Shown: piece after piece, positions 9,533 through 20,093 of the stretch | Layout of the letters: each line of letters opens with the position of its first letter | How positions within the stretch are numbered: position 1 is the first letter of the stretch | Assembly: GCA_037447435.1 (NCBI GenBank) | Contig: JBBIGR010000007.1 | Location: forward strand, 1 to 64,000 | Origin: Fibrobacteria bacterium | Lineage (GTDB): Bacteria > Fibrobacterota > Chitinivibrionia > Chitinivibrionales > FEN-1185 | Direction: 5' to 3' | DNA: 64,000 nucleotides | Position numbers and translations under genes: made by a program | The notes under the pieces: model-generated | Seen by the model: the letters and a program-made list of their open reading frames with translations, nothing else | Database searches by the model: none | What the model was told of the DNA's origin: nothing

Positions 9533-10381
9533 TTATGCTTGGTAAACCTTGAGCCGAAGGCTCCGGGACGAATGTTTTAAACGGCGCAAGGCTTTTTCCT
9601 TTATTTGACGGGCGCGTTCACGGGTGAGATTGAAACGCTGACCGATTTCCTCGAGCGTATGCGCGGTTTCCTCGCCGATGCCGAAATACAATTTAATGAC
9701 TTCCTTTTCACGGTTCGAAAGCGTGTCGAGGGTCTGGTTGATTTCCGCTTGCAGGGAAATTTCCATGACGCCGTCGTCGGGAAGCTCCTGTTGTTCGTCT
9801 TGCAGCAGATCCAAAAGTTTCGAATCTTCGCCCTGCTGTAAAGGGGCGTCGAGCGACATATGGGAATTACCGATTTTAATGGTGTCCCGGACTTCTTCCT
9901 GGTCAATTTTCAGCTCGGTGGCTATTTCCTCGACATTCGGTATTCTGCGGAACCGCTGTTCGAGCCTGCTTTGCGCCTTACCGATTTTGTGAATGGTCCC
10001 GACTCGGTTGAGCGGCAGTTTTATGATGCGCGACTGTTCGGCCAGCGCCTGTAAAATTGCCTGGCGTATCCACCAGACCGCATACGAAATAAATTTGAAG
10101 TTTTTCTTTTCGTCGAATCGCTTGGCCGCGCGGATAAGGCCGAGATTGCCTTCATTGATAAGATCGGAAAGGGGCAACCCCTGGTTTTGATAATTCCTCG
10201 CGACACTGACGACAAAGCGGAGGTTTGCCTTGACAAGTTTTTCCAGGGCCTTGCGATCGCCTTTGCGGATTCTGACCGCCGTCTGCGCCTCTTCCTCAAC
10301 GGCCAGCGTTTTGTTTTTGCCGATTTCCTTGAGGTATAACGCAAGGGAATTTTCTTCTGTAAGAAATTGGTTTCTTTCCAT
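9533..10381 (-). CDS. rpoD: RNA polymerase sigma-70 factor, RpoD/SigA family (no region 1.1)
   Basis: [50 protein letters not shown]. Confidence 0.93.
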   Translation of the reverse strand: MERNQFLTEENSLALYLKEIGKNKTLAVEEEAQTAVRIRKGDRKALEKLVKANLRFVVSVARNYQNQGLPLSDLINEGNLGLIRAAKRFDEKKNFKFISYAVWWIRQAILQALAEQSRIIKLPLNRVGTIHKIGKAQSRLEQRFRRIPNVEEIATELKIDQEEVRDTIKIGNSHMSLDAPLQQGEDSKLLDLLQDEQQELPDDGVMEISLQAEINQTLDTLSNREKEVIKLYFGIGEETAHTLEEIGQRFNLTRERARQIKEKALRRLKHSSRSLRLKVYQA

Positions 10382-10545
10382 ACGATATGATCGAACCTCA
10401 TTGGTATGCGTGAAAAGCAAAAAGAGAATTAGGTCGTACTAGAAAAAAGCCCCCCGGATCAAACCATTTTAATTTAGCATTCTCAATAAAAATACAATAT
10501 TGTGTATATACGGAGAGAAAAAAACATTGTCGCACTGCCAAAGGG

Positions 10546-12306
10546 TTAAAATATCTCGACTCTGTTTCTGCCGTTTTCCTTGGCCCTGTATAAAGCCTTG
10601 TCGGCCTTGGATATCAACGCGTCAAGTTGCTTGGCGTGAATCCCGTACACCGCTATGCCGAAACTCATAGTGACGTGAATGTCTTCCCCGTTGGTCGCCC
10701 TATATACGGAATCGGCCATGATTTGACGGATGCGATCCACCGTTTCGACCGCGTTTTTACCGTCGGTTTTGACCAGGATGAGGGCGAATTCCTCTCCGCC
10801 GTAGCGGGCGGCGATGTCGACGCCTTCACGGATGTTCACGCTGAGTTTCTTCGAGATTTCTTTCAGAACGATGTCGCCGAACTGATGCCCGTACGTGTCG
10901 TTAATTTTCTTGAAGAAATCTATGTCGCATAAGACAAGAGACAGCGGGTCGTTGTATCGTATGGATCGAGTGATTTCGTCTTTGAGCGAAATCTGGAATT
11001 GACGATGATTTAAAAGGCCGGTAAGACCATCGTGGGTGGCGAGCGTCTTGGCCTGTTCGAAAATAAGGAGCTTTTCTATGGCAAGACCGGCCGATGTTGC
11101 GATGCGGGAAAGCAGATCTTGATTGGACTGGGAAAACGCGTCTTTTCGCACGGATTCGAGCAGGACGCCGCCTTTGCAATGGTCCACGCCGATGGGAAAC
11201 GCGAGAAACGACTGGAAATCCTCGGACACAGGTTCGTCGTCGCTGTAGCGGCTTTCGTAACGGTCTTCGCTGAAATTCCGGGAGAACGACATGTTTTTTG
11301 CGTACAGAAGGCCGATCAGCGACTTCCCCTGCACATCGAAACTCAGTGCGGAAAAATCCTCGGCATTTTTTCCCCAGGAGCGTTTCACGACGCCTTTGGT
11401 ATTGTCTTGACCGCACAGGCTGATCGTAATACGGTCGCAATTGATGGCAAAAGGAATTATCTCTATCATTTTGTCGAGAATCGCGTCGATATCGAGGTTT
11501 TGGAAAAAGTGCTTTTCGATGGTGCTCATGGCGGCGATTCTTTGATGTTCGAGCCGGTGCTCGTTATACACATAGGCATAATACACCGACATGCCGATGA
11601 GCTTGGTCATTGCGCACAGCGCATTGTGATCTTCGTCGGAAAAATGCTTTGCCTCGGTACTGTCGGCAATCATGGTGCCGCGCGTGATGTTGTCGCCCGC
11701 GGAAATCGGGCTTGCAATAAGGGAACGGATGCCGGCATCGCGTGTATAATAATACAGGGTCATCGAATCGCTGACGATGTCGTTGAGCTTGAGCTGCTTA
11801 AGCCCGTCTTTGAGGAAACTGCCGAGAACCCCGACACCGGGATAAATGACCGCATCGGCATTGATGCAATCGCTTTGCGAGTCGTAGGCGCGTATTTTAT
11901 ACCCGCCGTCGGCAGTGGGGAAAAAAACGGCAATCGTGTTGGCGGAAATCGTCCGTCGTACGAATTGTATCGACATCTTTAGAATGTCGTCGACGACCGA
12001 TTCTATGGCACCCCATTGCTCTTTACGATACTGGGCGCCGAGGACGTGGACGCTTATATGCGTGGTTTCCTGATTGACTTCCTTTTCGATGGTGCGCGAC
12101 TGTTCCTCTTTTATTTCTTCGGGCTGGGCTTTTGCGGGTGCACGTTTGAACCGCTGCTTGATATACGATGTCAAGATACAGGCAAAAGCGAGACTAATGA
12201 AAAGCGGCGTGCCGATTTTGGAAATTACCGAATCAAGCAAAAAACACAGCATGGCGCAAAGAAGAAAAACCAGGCCGAACAACAATGAGCGCGGTTTTTG
12301 TCTCAT
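10546..12306 (-). CDS. Membrane-anchored GAF-GAF-GGDEF diguanylate cyclase
   Basis: Two N-terminal TM helices, two GAF-like regions, DGLTGL, DIDFFKKINDTYGH, RYGGEEF. Confidence 0.92.
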   Translation of the reverse strand: MRQKPRSLLFGLVFLLCAMLCFLLDSVISKIGTPLFISLAFACILTSYIKQRFKRAPAKAQPEEIKEEQSRTIEKEVNQETTHISVHVLGAQYRKEQWGAIESVVDDILKMSIQFVRRTISANTIAVFFPTADGGYKIRAYDSQSDCINADAVIYPGVGVLGSFLKDGLKQLKLNDIVSDSMTLYYYTRDAGIRSLIASPISAGDNITRGTMIADSTEAKHFSDEDHNALCAMTKLIGMSVYYAYVYNEHRLEHQRIAAMSTIEKHFFQNLDIDAILDKMIEIIPFAINCDRITISLCGQDNTKGVVKRSWGKNAEDFSALSFDVQGKSLIGLLYAKNMSFSRNFSEDRYESRYSDDEPVSEDFQSFLAFPIGVDHCKGGVLLESVRKDAFSQSNQDLLSRIATSAGLAIEKLLIFEQAKTLATHDGLTGLLNHRQFQISLKDEITRSIRYNDPLSLVLCDIDFFKKINDTYGHQFGDIVLKEISKKLSVNIREGVDIAARYGGEEFALILVKTDGKNAVETVDRIRQIMADSVYRATNGEDIHVTMSFGIAVYGIHAKQLDALISKADKALYRAKENGRNRVEIF

Positions 12307-12692
12307 GAGTTTTCAGGGGGTTTGGGTTGGAGGGACTTTTCTATCATCGCTATTATCGCTTCCCGCTCAAAAGGTTTTGCAACAACGCCCGCAAATCCGA
12401 CCGAAAGCAGGCTTTTGATGTTCGCCTTTTTAATGAACGACGTCACCGCTATGACCGGAATGGATGCGGTTTTTGGGTCCATCCGCAAACTGTTTATAAA
12501 TTTAATTCCGTCCATGACGGGCATCATGATATCGGTGATGATAACGTCGGGCGACAAATCATGGGCTTTTTTAAGCGCCTCAAACCCGTTTATCGCGGTG
12601 ATGATGTTGAAGTTTGCAAACAAGAAAACTTCCAGCAGGTCCAATATATCGTGATTGTCGTCGACGAGCAGGACTTTCCTTTTTTTTGTCAT
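12303..12692 (-). CDS. Single-domain response regulator (CheY-like receiver)
   Basis: VLLVDD, DIMMPVMDG, KPF. Start at 12692 overlaps the lptFG stop (ATGA) with GGAGG SD. Confidence 0.92.
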   Translation of the reverse strand: MTKKRKVLLVDDNHDILDLLEVFLFANFNIITAINGFEALKKAHDLSPDVIITDIMMPVMDGIKFINSLRMDPKTASIPVIAVTSFIKKANIKSLLSVGFAGVVAKPFEREAIIAMIEKSLQPKPPENS

Positions 12693-15286
12693 ATCGATGC
12701 CCTCCTGTATAGGGGGATCGCGATAACGAAGAACAGTATATTGCCGAACCAGGCTCCGAGCATCGGGGAAATTTGGCCGTTTTGCGCAAATGCTATTGCG
12801 AATTGGGAAATGATCCAGTAAGCGAAAATAAGCAACAGGCCGATGCCGAATAAAACCGCACCGCCTTTTCTTCCCGCCCGGGCGGAAATCGAAACCCCCA
12901 AAAGCATGACGATAAAATTCATGAGCGGCAATGCGATTTTGAAATCGAGCTGCGCGTCCCATTTCGAGACGTCTTCGCCGCGCTTGCGGACTTTATTGAC
13001 AAACTGTGACAGTTCCCAATAACTCATTTCCTCGGGGCTGTTTATGACCGCGACCATGTCGGACGGACCGGCTTTCAAAATAGTGTCGGCAAGCGTGTCG
13101 AAGGGCACGGCCACGACGCCGCTGCCCGGGAACGTCCGTTTTATGCCCTTGATAAAGTACCATGCACCGTTTTTATAATCGGCCGATTCGGCGTTGATAC
13201 GCTGGGACAGAGACGGTCCGTTGAAGGATTGCCGCCAGACGTTTTTAGCCAGGCTGGGGTCGGTTCGGAATTCGTCGAAATGATAAATGGTATTATTGTC
13301 TCCGAAATAGTAGAAATTACGGCGGTATTGCTGTTGTACCGCCGGAGCGCCGCGGGTTTTAAGGGATTTGTCGTTTTCGATGCGCTCGGTTAATTGACGC
13401 CTGTTCGCATTTGCTTTAGGCAAGATACCCTCGCTGATATAAAAGCCGACGCCAGCCAATAATAGCCCCATGACGATAAGGGCAAACGAAAGCTTACGCA
13501 CTGAAATGCCGGCGGCTTTGACTGCGGTCAATTCGTTGACCTTGACCATAGACCCGATGGCCGACATGGCTGCCAGGAGGATGACGATGGGAAGAATAAG
13601 GCCGCCGAGCCAGGGCAAATAATACCAATAATATAACGCGATGTTCCACAGGGATGTGTTGTCGTATCGCCGGAGATTGGATACCCAATCGACCGCGATG
13701 AATACGATGACGACGATAAGGAGCAGCCCGACGAACCAGGAAATGAATTTACGAAGCAGATAGGTCGGCAAGGTGCCGATGATCCGGGACAAAATCCGGT
13801 ACGGGGCATTGACAATTGTGCCGACGGCGGAGCCGATAAACTCGAGCGGAGTGCCGTGGGCCTGTTTTTGGGATTGATGCGGCTGTCGTTTGAACAGGGA
13901 CAAAAACGGTTTTGTAATAAAAGTAAATGAAATGGCCTTGCTTTCCCTCGTCATCATGAAAATCAGGTAAAACCCGACGATTGTAAGCAGGATATCGGCG
14001 GTCCACATGGCGAAAAACGGGGAAATGACAAGGTCATCGGCCATGTTCTCGCCGGTAATGAGAAACGCCCAGAATAAAATGAAAAAGAACAGGCTATAGC
14101 TTGCGCCGACCATGATGCCGCCGCGACGTGCCATGATGCCCAGAGGCGCGCCGATAAGCACGAAAACAAGGCAGGCAAGGGGTATGGCGTATTTCTTATG
14201 CACTTCGACCATGAACTGGTTGATTTTCTTGTTTTCATAATTGATTTGCGAAGCATTGCGGCTTGCGGTATTGCTTTCCTTTTGCGCAATCATGATGGCC
14301 GGTTGTTTGCTTTTTGTAAAAAGCGACATCCAGGCAGCGAACGAACGCAGGGAATCTTCCCTGGACGATAAGGTGTCGCCGGAAGAACTGTATCGGGCGG
14401 CAAGCGATTCCAAGGAGTCCATCCGTTTTATGGTACTGTCGATTTGCGCCGAATGCGAGGTGACGTAGGTGGCTTTGTTTTTCTTGTACTGGTTGACTTC
14501 GGTGAGCAGCATTTCGGAGCTCATTTCCCTGTCGCTGCGGTAGGAGCTTGAAGTGCGCCTAAACTGCGAGTCTATGTTTTTAATAAACACGACCTGCTTG
14601 CTGAAATGGCCTATGAAATATTCCTTGGGGGCTTTTGAATTGGGTCGATGCGTCTCGCCGTTAAATAAGGTCAATCGAAGGAGCTTTTCGTCTCTGGTAA
14701 TAGTCAGTTCGCCTTTTTCGGCAACCGTGGTCGAAGGGTCTTCACCGGGCAAATTTGAAAAGATTTTTACATTAGTCAGTTCCCCGGTCGACGCATTCAC
14801 CTTTTTTACATACAGCGCGTAATTCTCGAAGTTGGTTATCAGAACACCCGGCTCTATGAATGCGGCAGGCTTTTTTCGGGAGATATCGGTTAGCAAATTT
14901 GCAGCTCGGTGATTTGCGTCCGGGAGAATATCGTTATTGAAAAAAATGGACAAAATCGTTAAAACGCATGCGGCAAGAAACACGGGAGTCAAAAGAAACG
15001 GGATATTATGGCCCGATGCTTTGAGCGCCATGATCTCATTATTCCCCGACATGGTACCAAACGACATCAGGGTGGCAACCAAAACAGCCATCGGGATTGC
15101 CAGTGCCATGACCCATGCGATGTTGATGAGGAAAATTTCCAGAACAACACCCATATTGAGGCCCTTGGAAATGATTTGGGGAAGCATTTGCACGGCAAGC
15201 TGCATGGCAAAAATGAAAATGAGGATGCCGAGGGAATATAAGAAGGGAAGTATATGTTCTTTTATAATGTATCTATATATTATCAT
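12689..15286 (-). CDS. lptF/lptG: Fused LptF-LptG LPS export permease
   Basis: Two tandem YjgP/YjgQ units (NEIMALKASG and NELTAVKAAGIS; EVHKKYAIPLACL and KIALPLMNF) in one 865-aa ORF. Confidence 0.9.
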   Translation of the reverse strand: MIIYRYIIKEHILPFLYSLGILIFIFAMQLAVQMLPQIISKGLNMGVVLEIFLINIAWVMALAIPMAVLVATLMSFGTMSGNNEIMALKASGHNIPFLLTPVFLAACVLTILSIFFNNDILPDANHRAANLLTDISRKKPAAFIEPGVLITNFENYALYVKKVNASTGELTNVKIFSNLPGEDPSTTVAEKGELTITRDEKLLRLTLFNGETHRPNSKAPKEYFIGHFSKQVVFIKNIDSQFRRTSSSYRSDREMSSEMLLTEVNQYKKNKATYVTSHSAQIDSTIKRMDSLESLAARYSSSGDTLSSREDSLRSFAAWMSLFTKSKQPAIMIAQKESNTASRNASQINYENKKINQFMVEVHKKYAIPLACLVFVLIGAPLGIMARRGGIMVGASYSLFFFILFWAFLITGENMADDLVISPFFAMWTADILLTIVGFYLIFMMTRESKAISFTFITKPFLSLFKRQPHQSQKQAHGTPLEFIGSAVGTIVNAPYRILSRIIGTLPTYLLRKFISWFVGLLLIVVIVFIAVDWVSNLRRYDNTSLWNIALYYWYYLPWLGGLILPIVILLAAMSAIGSMVKVNELTAVKAAGISVRKLSFALIVMGLLLAGVGFYISEGILPKANANRRQLTERIENDKSLKTRGAPAVQQQYRRNFYYFGDNNTIYHFDEFRTDPSLAKNVWRQSFNGPSLSQRINAESADYKNGAWYFIKGIKRTFPGSGVVAVPFDTLADTILKAGPSDMVAVINSPEEMSYWELSQFVNKVRKRGEDVSKWDAQLDFKIALPLMNFIVMLLGVSISARAGRKGGAVLFGIGLLLIFAYWIISQFAIAFAQNGQISPMLGAWFGNILFFVIAIPLYRRASI

Positions 15287-15307
15287 TAGCTTGCTACGAC
15301 GTTTGGG

Positions 15308-15391
15308 TTAGTACCTTTATAGAAGCTATCTACGCTTTTACATAGATAATCTATAAAAAAAACTTATCTCATGCGAAGCATGGGGTTAGTA
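15308..15391 (-). repeat. Structured intergenic element copy B, flanked by TACTAA direct repeats
   Basis: TTAGTA at 15308-15313 and 15386-15391; two hairpins; homologous to 1098-1156 and 63146-63172. Confidence 0.75.
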
Positions 15392-15585
15392 AATGGATGC
15401 GGATGTAAGGCATTTCGCATTCCCATACCGAAATTTTAAAATACCTCGTTTCATGACGTGCTTCAACCCAAATCATGTTACCGGTTTAAATCGCGATGAG
15501 GATTTTTAGGTAAAAAATTAACGCTGTTGGGCAAATCCGAATATGGCCGGAATGCTCAACAGCGTTGTAATGCGTTTTTGCGGGA

Positions 15586-16701
15586 TTATTTTGCAATAAT
15601 CGCTTTGGAGGTCAGGAGGCTGTTGTTGGAAGACAGCTTTACAATGTACGTTCCCGGCGCACATGCCTGTGAAAACGGAACAGTGAAAACGCCCGGGTTT
15701 GCATGTCCGTGAACAAGGGTTTTTACTAATGCGCCGCGCATGTTGAAAATGCCGAGGTCAAGAGTTCCCCGGTCAAAGTCGCACGGGACTGTATAACGGA
15801 TTTCGGAAGTTTTTGAAGCTCGAACCAACTGCAGCGATAATGCTACCGGCGTTTCGAATAGCCCCGGATGTTCCGCGATATTATCCGTTGTAAGGGGTAT
15901 ATAGGGTACAACGGCCGCAAGATCGCTGGGAACGTTGCCTTTTGTCTGGATGCACCACAGCATAATGCCGCCCCATCCTTGATTGACGACCATGTTGCAG
16001 AGGTCAACGGTTGCCTGAACGCCCATATTGGCGGAACCGTTATCCGGAGAAATGCCGATGCCCGGGGCGCATTTGCTTTTTGGGGCACCCATTCCGACAA
16101 ACGTTTGAAGATAACCGGGGTAATTGCTTGCGGTTGCGCCGTACCACATGTCGTTGATCATGTCGACATACATATGCACTTGTCCGGCAAGCGGGTTCCA
16201 ATCTTCCGCAGCGATGGCAAGGCACGGTGTCGGCGTAATTTTATTCAGCGAATCCCGCAATTCCTTATGGAAAGCCACAAATTGGCTGACAACCTCATTG
16301 CCTTCCCAATCGGTATCGATACCGTCGTAACCGAGTCTTTTCATATAGGAAATCAAGTCGGAAATGAATTTGTTCCTATGGCTTGCGTTCGTTGCGGTTG
16401 CGAATTGCTGTCCGTATCCGCCGCCGCCGATTGAGAAAATGACTTTTTTCCCCTTGCTGTGACCGACCGAAATCAGTTCTTTTGCGATGGTTTCATCGGG
16501 CAGCCCAAGTGACCCGTCATTATTTATGGTTACCTGAAAATTCGAAACATGTGTAAATGCATTCCAGGGCAGGGTCGTTGGAGTATAAGAATGGTCCCAG
16601 GAAACATAATAACCCAAAGACCAGCCGACCGTTTTTTGCGCCGCTGTTGTTAAGGAAAAACCTAGAATTACCAATAATAATAAAGCAGAAACCTTTTTCA
16701 T
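15586..16701 (-). CDS. Secreted GH18 chitinase-like enzyme with T9SS-type/FlgD-like C-terminal domain
   Basis: Signal peptide; SIGG and DGIDTDWE (DxxDxDxE) motifs; C-terminal IFNMRGALVKTL..PGTYIVKL. Confidence 0.9.
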   Translation of the reverse strand: MKKVSALLLLVILGFSLTTAAQKTVGWSLGYYVSWDHSYTPTTLPWNAFTHVSNFQVTINNDGSLGLPDETIAKELISVGHSKGKKVIFSIGGGGYGQQFATATNASHRNKFISDLISYMKRLGYDGIDTDWEGNEVVSQFVAFHKELRDSLNKITPTPCLAIAAEDWNPLAGQVHMYVDMINDMWYGATASNYPGYLQTFVGMGAPKSKCAPGIGISPDNGSANMGVQATVDLCNMVVNQGWGGIMLWCIQTKGNVPSDLAAVVPYIPLTTDNIAEHPGLFETPVALSLQLVRASKTSEIRYTVPCDFDRGTLDLGIFNMRGALVKTLVHGHANPGVFTVPFSQACAPGTYIVKLSSNNSLLTSKAIIAK

Positions 16702-16985
16702 GCTGCCCCCCGCAAGGCTATAAATGGTTGGTTATGCACGGTACCGTGTGGTGATGAACTATTAACGCATTAATATATAAGATAAGGCAATAAAATTAAA
16801 ATGCCGAATTTTTCGGGCCAGGCGAGGCTTTTGCGTAATAATAATGTATAAAATTTGTATGCACTTCGGGAACTGGTTTGCCTGAAAAATTAAGGAAAAA
16901 TGAATTCCAATTGGATCATTTTTTCATTCCACGTCTTGACCCCTTTGGCACGTCAATGTATACTTACAATGAAAAACTCCTTGAA

Positions 16986-17041
16986 TAGTATCCGTCGGCG
17001 ACATGTCTTCCGAAGCTTTGGCGAAGAGGGATGCGACGGAT
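16986..17041. repeat. REP-like palindromic element
   Basis: TAGTA, then ATCCGTCG...CGACGGAT stem enclosing TCTTC-CGAAGCTTTGGC-GAAGA. Confidence 0.55.
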
Positions 17042-17053
17042 GAAGAAAGAGAT

Positions 17054-17863
17054 ATGAATATGCGACTAAAAAAAACTCCTTTACTTTTTCTTGTTTGCGC
17101 CGCCGGATTCCTTGGCGGATGTGCATCGACGGTGCCTAAACCCGCTGCAGAGGCGATATTGCCTGAAATCGATGTCGTCCAGGTCAAGGAAAACTCGGAA
17201 GAGGCGCTCAAGGTTTCGCAGGAAACAAAACTCGACGTCGACGTCATTAACAATAAATTGACGGAAGTGGATAATAAGCTGGTCACGCTTTCGGAAGACG
17301 TCTCGAGCGTTTCGGTGGCAAAAATCGAGGAACTCGAAAACAGGTTGTCGCTTCTTGTTGAGGCGTTCAAAGATTTGCAGGCGCAAGTCACTGCCCTGCA
17401 AAATGCCCCGGCACCGCGTGCGGCGGCAAAGGCGGCACCGGCAGGCCCTGCGACCTTTTCGCCGGCAGGTACGGCCTCGATTTTAGCCACTTCGACGGAA
17501 TACGACTCGTATCAGGACGCGCTCAAGGTTTTTAATTCGCGAAATTACGAAAAGGCGCTGAGCGCTTTTTCGGAGATCATCAAGCAGTATCCCAGCGGAA
17601 CCTATACGGACAACAGCAATTATTGGAGCGGCGAATGCTGCTACGCCATGAACGATTATGCGAAAGCCATTGTTTTTTTCAATAAGGTGTTCGAATTCAA
17701 AAGCAGTTCCAAAGCCGACGATGCGCAGTTGAAACTCGGCATGTGCTATATGAAAATGGGTCAGACAGCCCTTGCTAAAGCAGAATTCAAGAAGCTGATA
17801 GAGCGATATCCGGCAAGCGAATACGTTCCGCGGGCGCAGAAGTTTGTTTCGGAGCTGAAATAA
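17054..17863 (+). CDS. cpoB: Tol-Pal associated coiled-coil/TPR lipoprotein YbgF/CpoB
   Basis: Lipobox LGGC, coiled coil, TPRs with YPSGTYTDNSNYW and KADDAQLKLG. Confidence 0.88.
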   Translation: MNMRLKKTPLLFLVCAAGFLGGCASTVPKPAAEAILPEIDVVQVKENSEEALKVSQETKLDVDVINNKLTEVDNKLVTLSEDVSSVSVAKIEELENRLSLLVEAFKDLQAQVTALQNAPAPRAAAKAAPAGPATFSPAGTASILATSTEYDSYQDALKVFNSRNYEKALSAFSEIIKQYPSGTYTDNSNYWSGECCYAMNDYAKAIVFFNKVFEFKSSSKADDAQLKLGMCYMKMGQTALAKAEFKKLIERYPASEYVPRAQKFVSELK

Positions 17864-18068
17864 GGTTCTTTTGATTTTTTCCTGCCCACAAAAGCAGGCG
17901 CATACGAATAATATTATGCGCAATTGCTTGCTTTTTCTTTGCTTCATAAAGCAGTTTTAAATGACTTAAACGTAGTATTTGTAACAAAAATCCGCTTTGG
18001 GCAGTCCAATTTTGATTTTGACGGCGTAATGCTCGATAAGGGTCATACTTTTTTCAGAAATCAGGAAC

Positions 18069-18824
18069 ATGAAAAAAAACAGCATCGGAATTTTAGTGCT
18101 TTCGATTGTATTTGTCGTGTCGTCCGCATTCACCGCGACCCCGAAACCGAAAAAATTATTCGATTGCACCGGCAAAATCCAGAAGGCCATTGACAAGTAT
18201 AACAAGAAAAAATACCTGGATTGCCAGGACCTTTTGACCGAAGTTCTGGCCCAATGTCCCGGCCACAGCGCATACGATACCGCATTGTATTATCAGGGCA
18301 AAAGCATGCTTGCCACGAAAAAATTCGAAGAAGCCAAAACGGAATTCGACCGCCTCGTCACCACCTTCCCGACGTCCGCTTTTTACGAAGAGGCGCTATT
18401 TCGCATTGGTCAATGCATGTACCTGGCGTCGTACGGACCCGATTTGGACCAGGCGCAAACCAAGGACGCGGAGTCGCGGCTCAAGGACTTTATGGAGTTG
18501 TATTCCAAAGGGCAATATGCCGACAGTGCGGCTGTAATTTTAACTTTGGCCGAGGATAAACTTGCTGAAAAAGAACTGAACAGCGCGAAATTTTACGAAA
18601 AAATAGACCAGTGGGAAGCCGCGATCGTTTATTACCGTCTTTTGATGCAGGATTTTCCTCAGAGCAAATTCATTCCGGAGGCCATGGTCAATACGGCCGA
18701 AGACCTGATCAAGGCAAACCGCACCAGCGAAGCGGCGGCCATTTTGAATGATATCGCCAGCCGCACCAACGACGACGTGCTATTGAAAAAGGCCAATGCC
18801 CTTAAAGCCAAGATACCGAAATAA
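18069..18824 (+). CDS. bamD: Outer membrane protein assembly factor BamD
   Basis: TPRs with DLDQAQTKDA and KLAEKELNSAKFY..AAIVYY typical of BamD. Confidence 0.85.
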   Translation: MKKNSIGILVLSIVFVVSSAFTATPKPKKLFDCTGKIQKAIDKYNKKKYLDCQDLLTEVLAQCPGHSAYDTALYYQGKSMLATKKFEEAKTEFDRLVTTFPTSAFYEEALFRIGQCMYLASYGPDLDQAQTKDAESRLKDFMELYSKGQYADSAAVILTLAEDKLAEKELNSAKFYEKIDQWEAAIVYYRLLMQDFPQSKFIPEAMVNTAEDLIKANRTSEAAAILNDIASRTNDDVLLKKANALKAKIPK

Positions 18825-18887
18825 AAACACGTTCCGCATCAAGGATCTTCGACCTGTTCATGCGGGTCTTTACGGGGACACATTCTT

Positions 18888-19541
18888 ATGAGTCCAGACC
18901 TTTCCTCGGGCAAAAAAGGCGAAACACCATCCTTGCCGCTCGGCATTTTGGGCGGCATTTTCGATCCGGTCCATATGGGGCACCTGGCGATAGCTTGCTT
19001 TGCAAGAGATTGGTTAGGGCTGGATAAGATTTATTTGATACCTTCGGGCACGCCGCCTCATAAAATAAACACGGTTTCGGCAACCCCGGCCCAACGGCTC
19101 GCCATGTTGCGTTTGGCAATAAACGGAGTCAAGGGGCTGCAGGTGTGGGACGACGAGATCCGCAGGCGCGGCATTTCGTACACCATAGACACAATTCACC
19201 GCATCCGGCGCGAAAACCCCCGCAACCCCATCTACTTCATCATCGGGTCGGACAATCTGTCGGAAATAGCGACATGGTACAAGTACGAACAAATATTATC
19301 TCTTGTCACGCTCTGCGTGGCAAAGCGGCCGGGACATTCTTTAAAGATCCCGGCGACGCTTTCCATTAAAAACATCCTTACCTTCCCGTCGCCGCCGCTT
19401 ACGGTGAGCTCAACGATGATGCGCACGTTCTTGTCGGACGGTTATTCCTGCGATTATCTGATTCCGCCCGCTGTTTTGCGGTACATCCGGAAGAACGGTT
19501 TGTACGGTTGCCATGGCAAAACGGTCATGAAGGCTTTTTAA
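18888..19541 (+). CDS. nadD: Nicotinate-nucleotide adenylyltransferase
   Basis: GGIFDPVHMGH, PPHK, FIIGSD, VSSTMMR. Confidence 0.93.
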   Translation: MSPDLSSGKKGETPSLPLGILGGIFDPVHMGHLAIACFARDWLGLDKIYLIPSGTPPHKINTVSATPAQRLAMLRLAINGVKGLQVWDDEIRRRGISYTIDTIHRIRRENPRNPIYFIIGSDNLSEIATWYKYEQILSLVTLCVAKRPGHSLKIPATLSIKNILTFPSPPLTVSSTMMRTFLSDGYSCDYLIPPAVLRYIRKNGLYGCHGKTVMKAF

Positions 19542-20079
19542 AGCGGACAGGACCGTTTTCGTAAAGGTTGTTCCCTTTGCAGTCTATAGCCACGACAACG
19601 GGGAAATTTTCGACGGTAAAGCGGTAAATTGCTTCAGGTCCGAGATCATCCCAGCACACCAGTGTCGATTGTTTTATGCATGCGCCGAGCAATGCGCCGC
19701 AACCGCCGTCGGCCGCAAAATACACCGCAGTTTCCTTTTTCAGTGACGCGACAACGGGCGGCGTACGGTTGCCCTTGCCGATGATTCCGCCTAACCCCGT
19801 TTTCTCCAGAAGCAATGGCGTATACGGATCCATGCGGGAGCTCGTCGTGGGGCCTGCGCTGAAAGAACCGTTTGCAGGGTTTTTGGGCGTGGGGCCGGTA
19901 TAGTACACGATCTGATTTTCGAGGTCGACTGGCAGCCTTTTGCCTTTGTCAATAAGTTCCGCGAGACGTTTATGCGCCGCATCGCGGGCGGTGTAAATGG
20001 TCCCGGTGATAAGCACCTGGTCGCCGGCTTGCAACGAACGTATGGTTGCCTTGGACAATGGGGTAGTCAGTTGTATCAT
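19525..20079 (-). CDS. fumB: Fe-S fumarate hydratase beta subunit (start may be 20091 or 20097)
   Basis: TARDAAHKRL, GPTTSSRMD, DLGPEAI. Confidence 0.9.
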   Translation of the reverse strand: MIQLTTPLSKATIRSLQAGDQVLITGTIYTARDAAHKRLAELIDKGKRLPVDLENQIVYYTGPTPKNPANGSFSAGPTTSSRMDPYTPLLLEKTGLGGIIGKGNRTPPVVASLKKETAVYFAADGGCGALLGACIKQSTLVCWDDLGPEAIYRFTVENFPVVVAIDCKGNNLYENGPVRFKKPS

Positions 20080-20093
20080 GGTCGCTTTCATAT

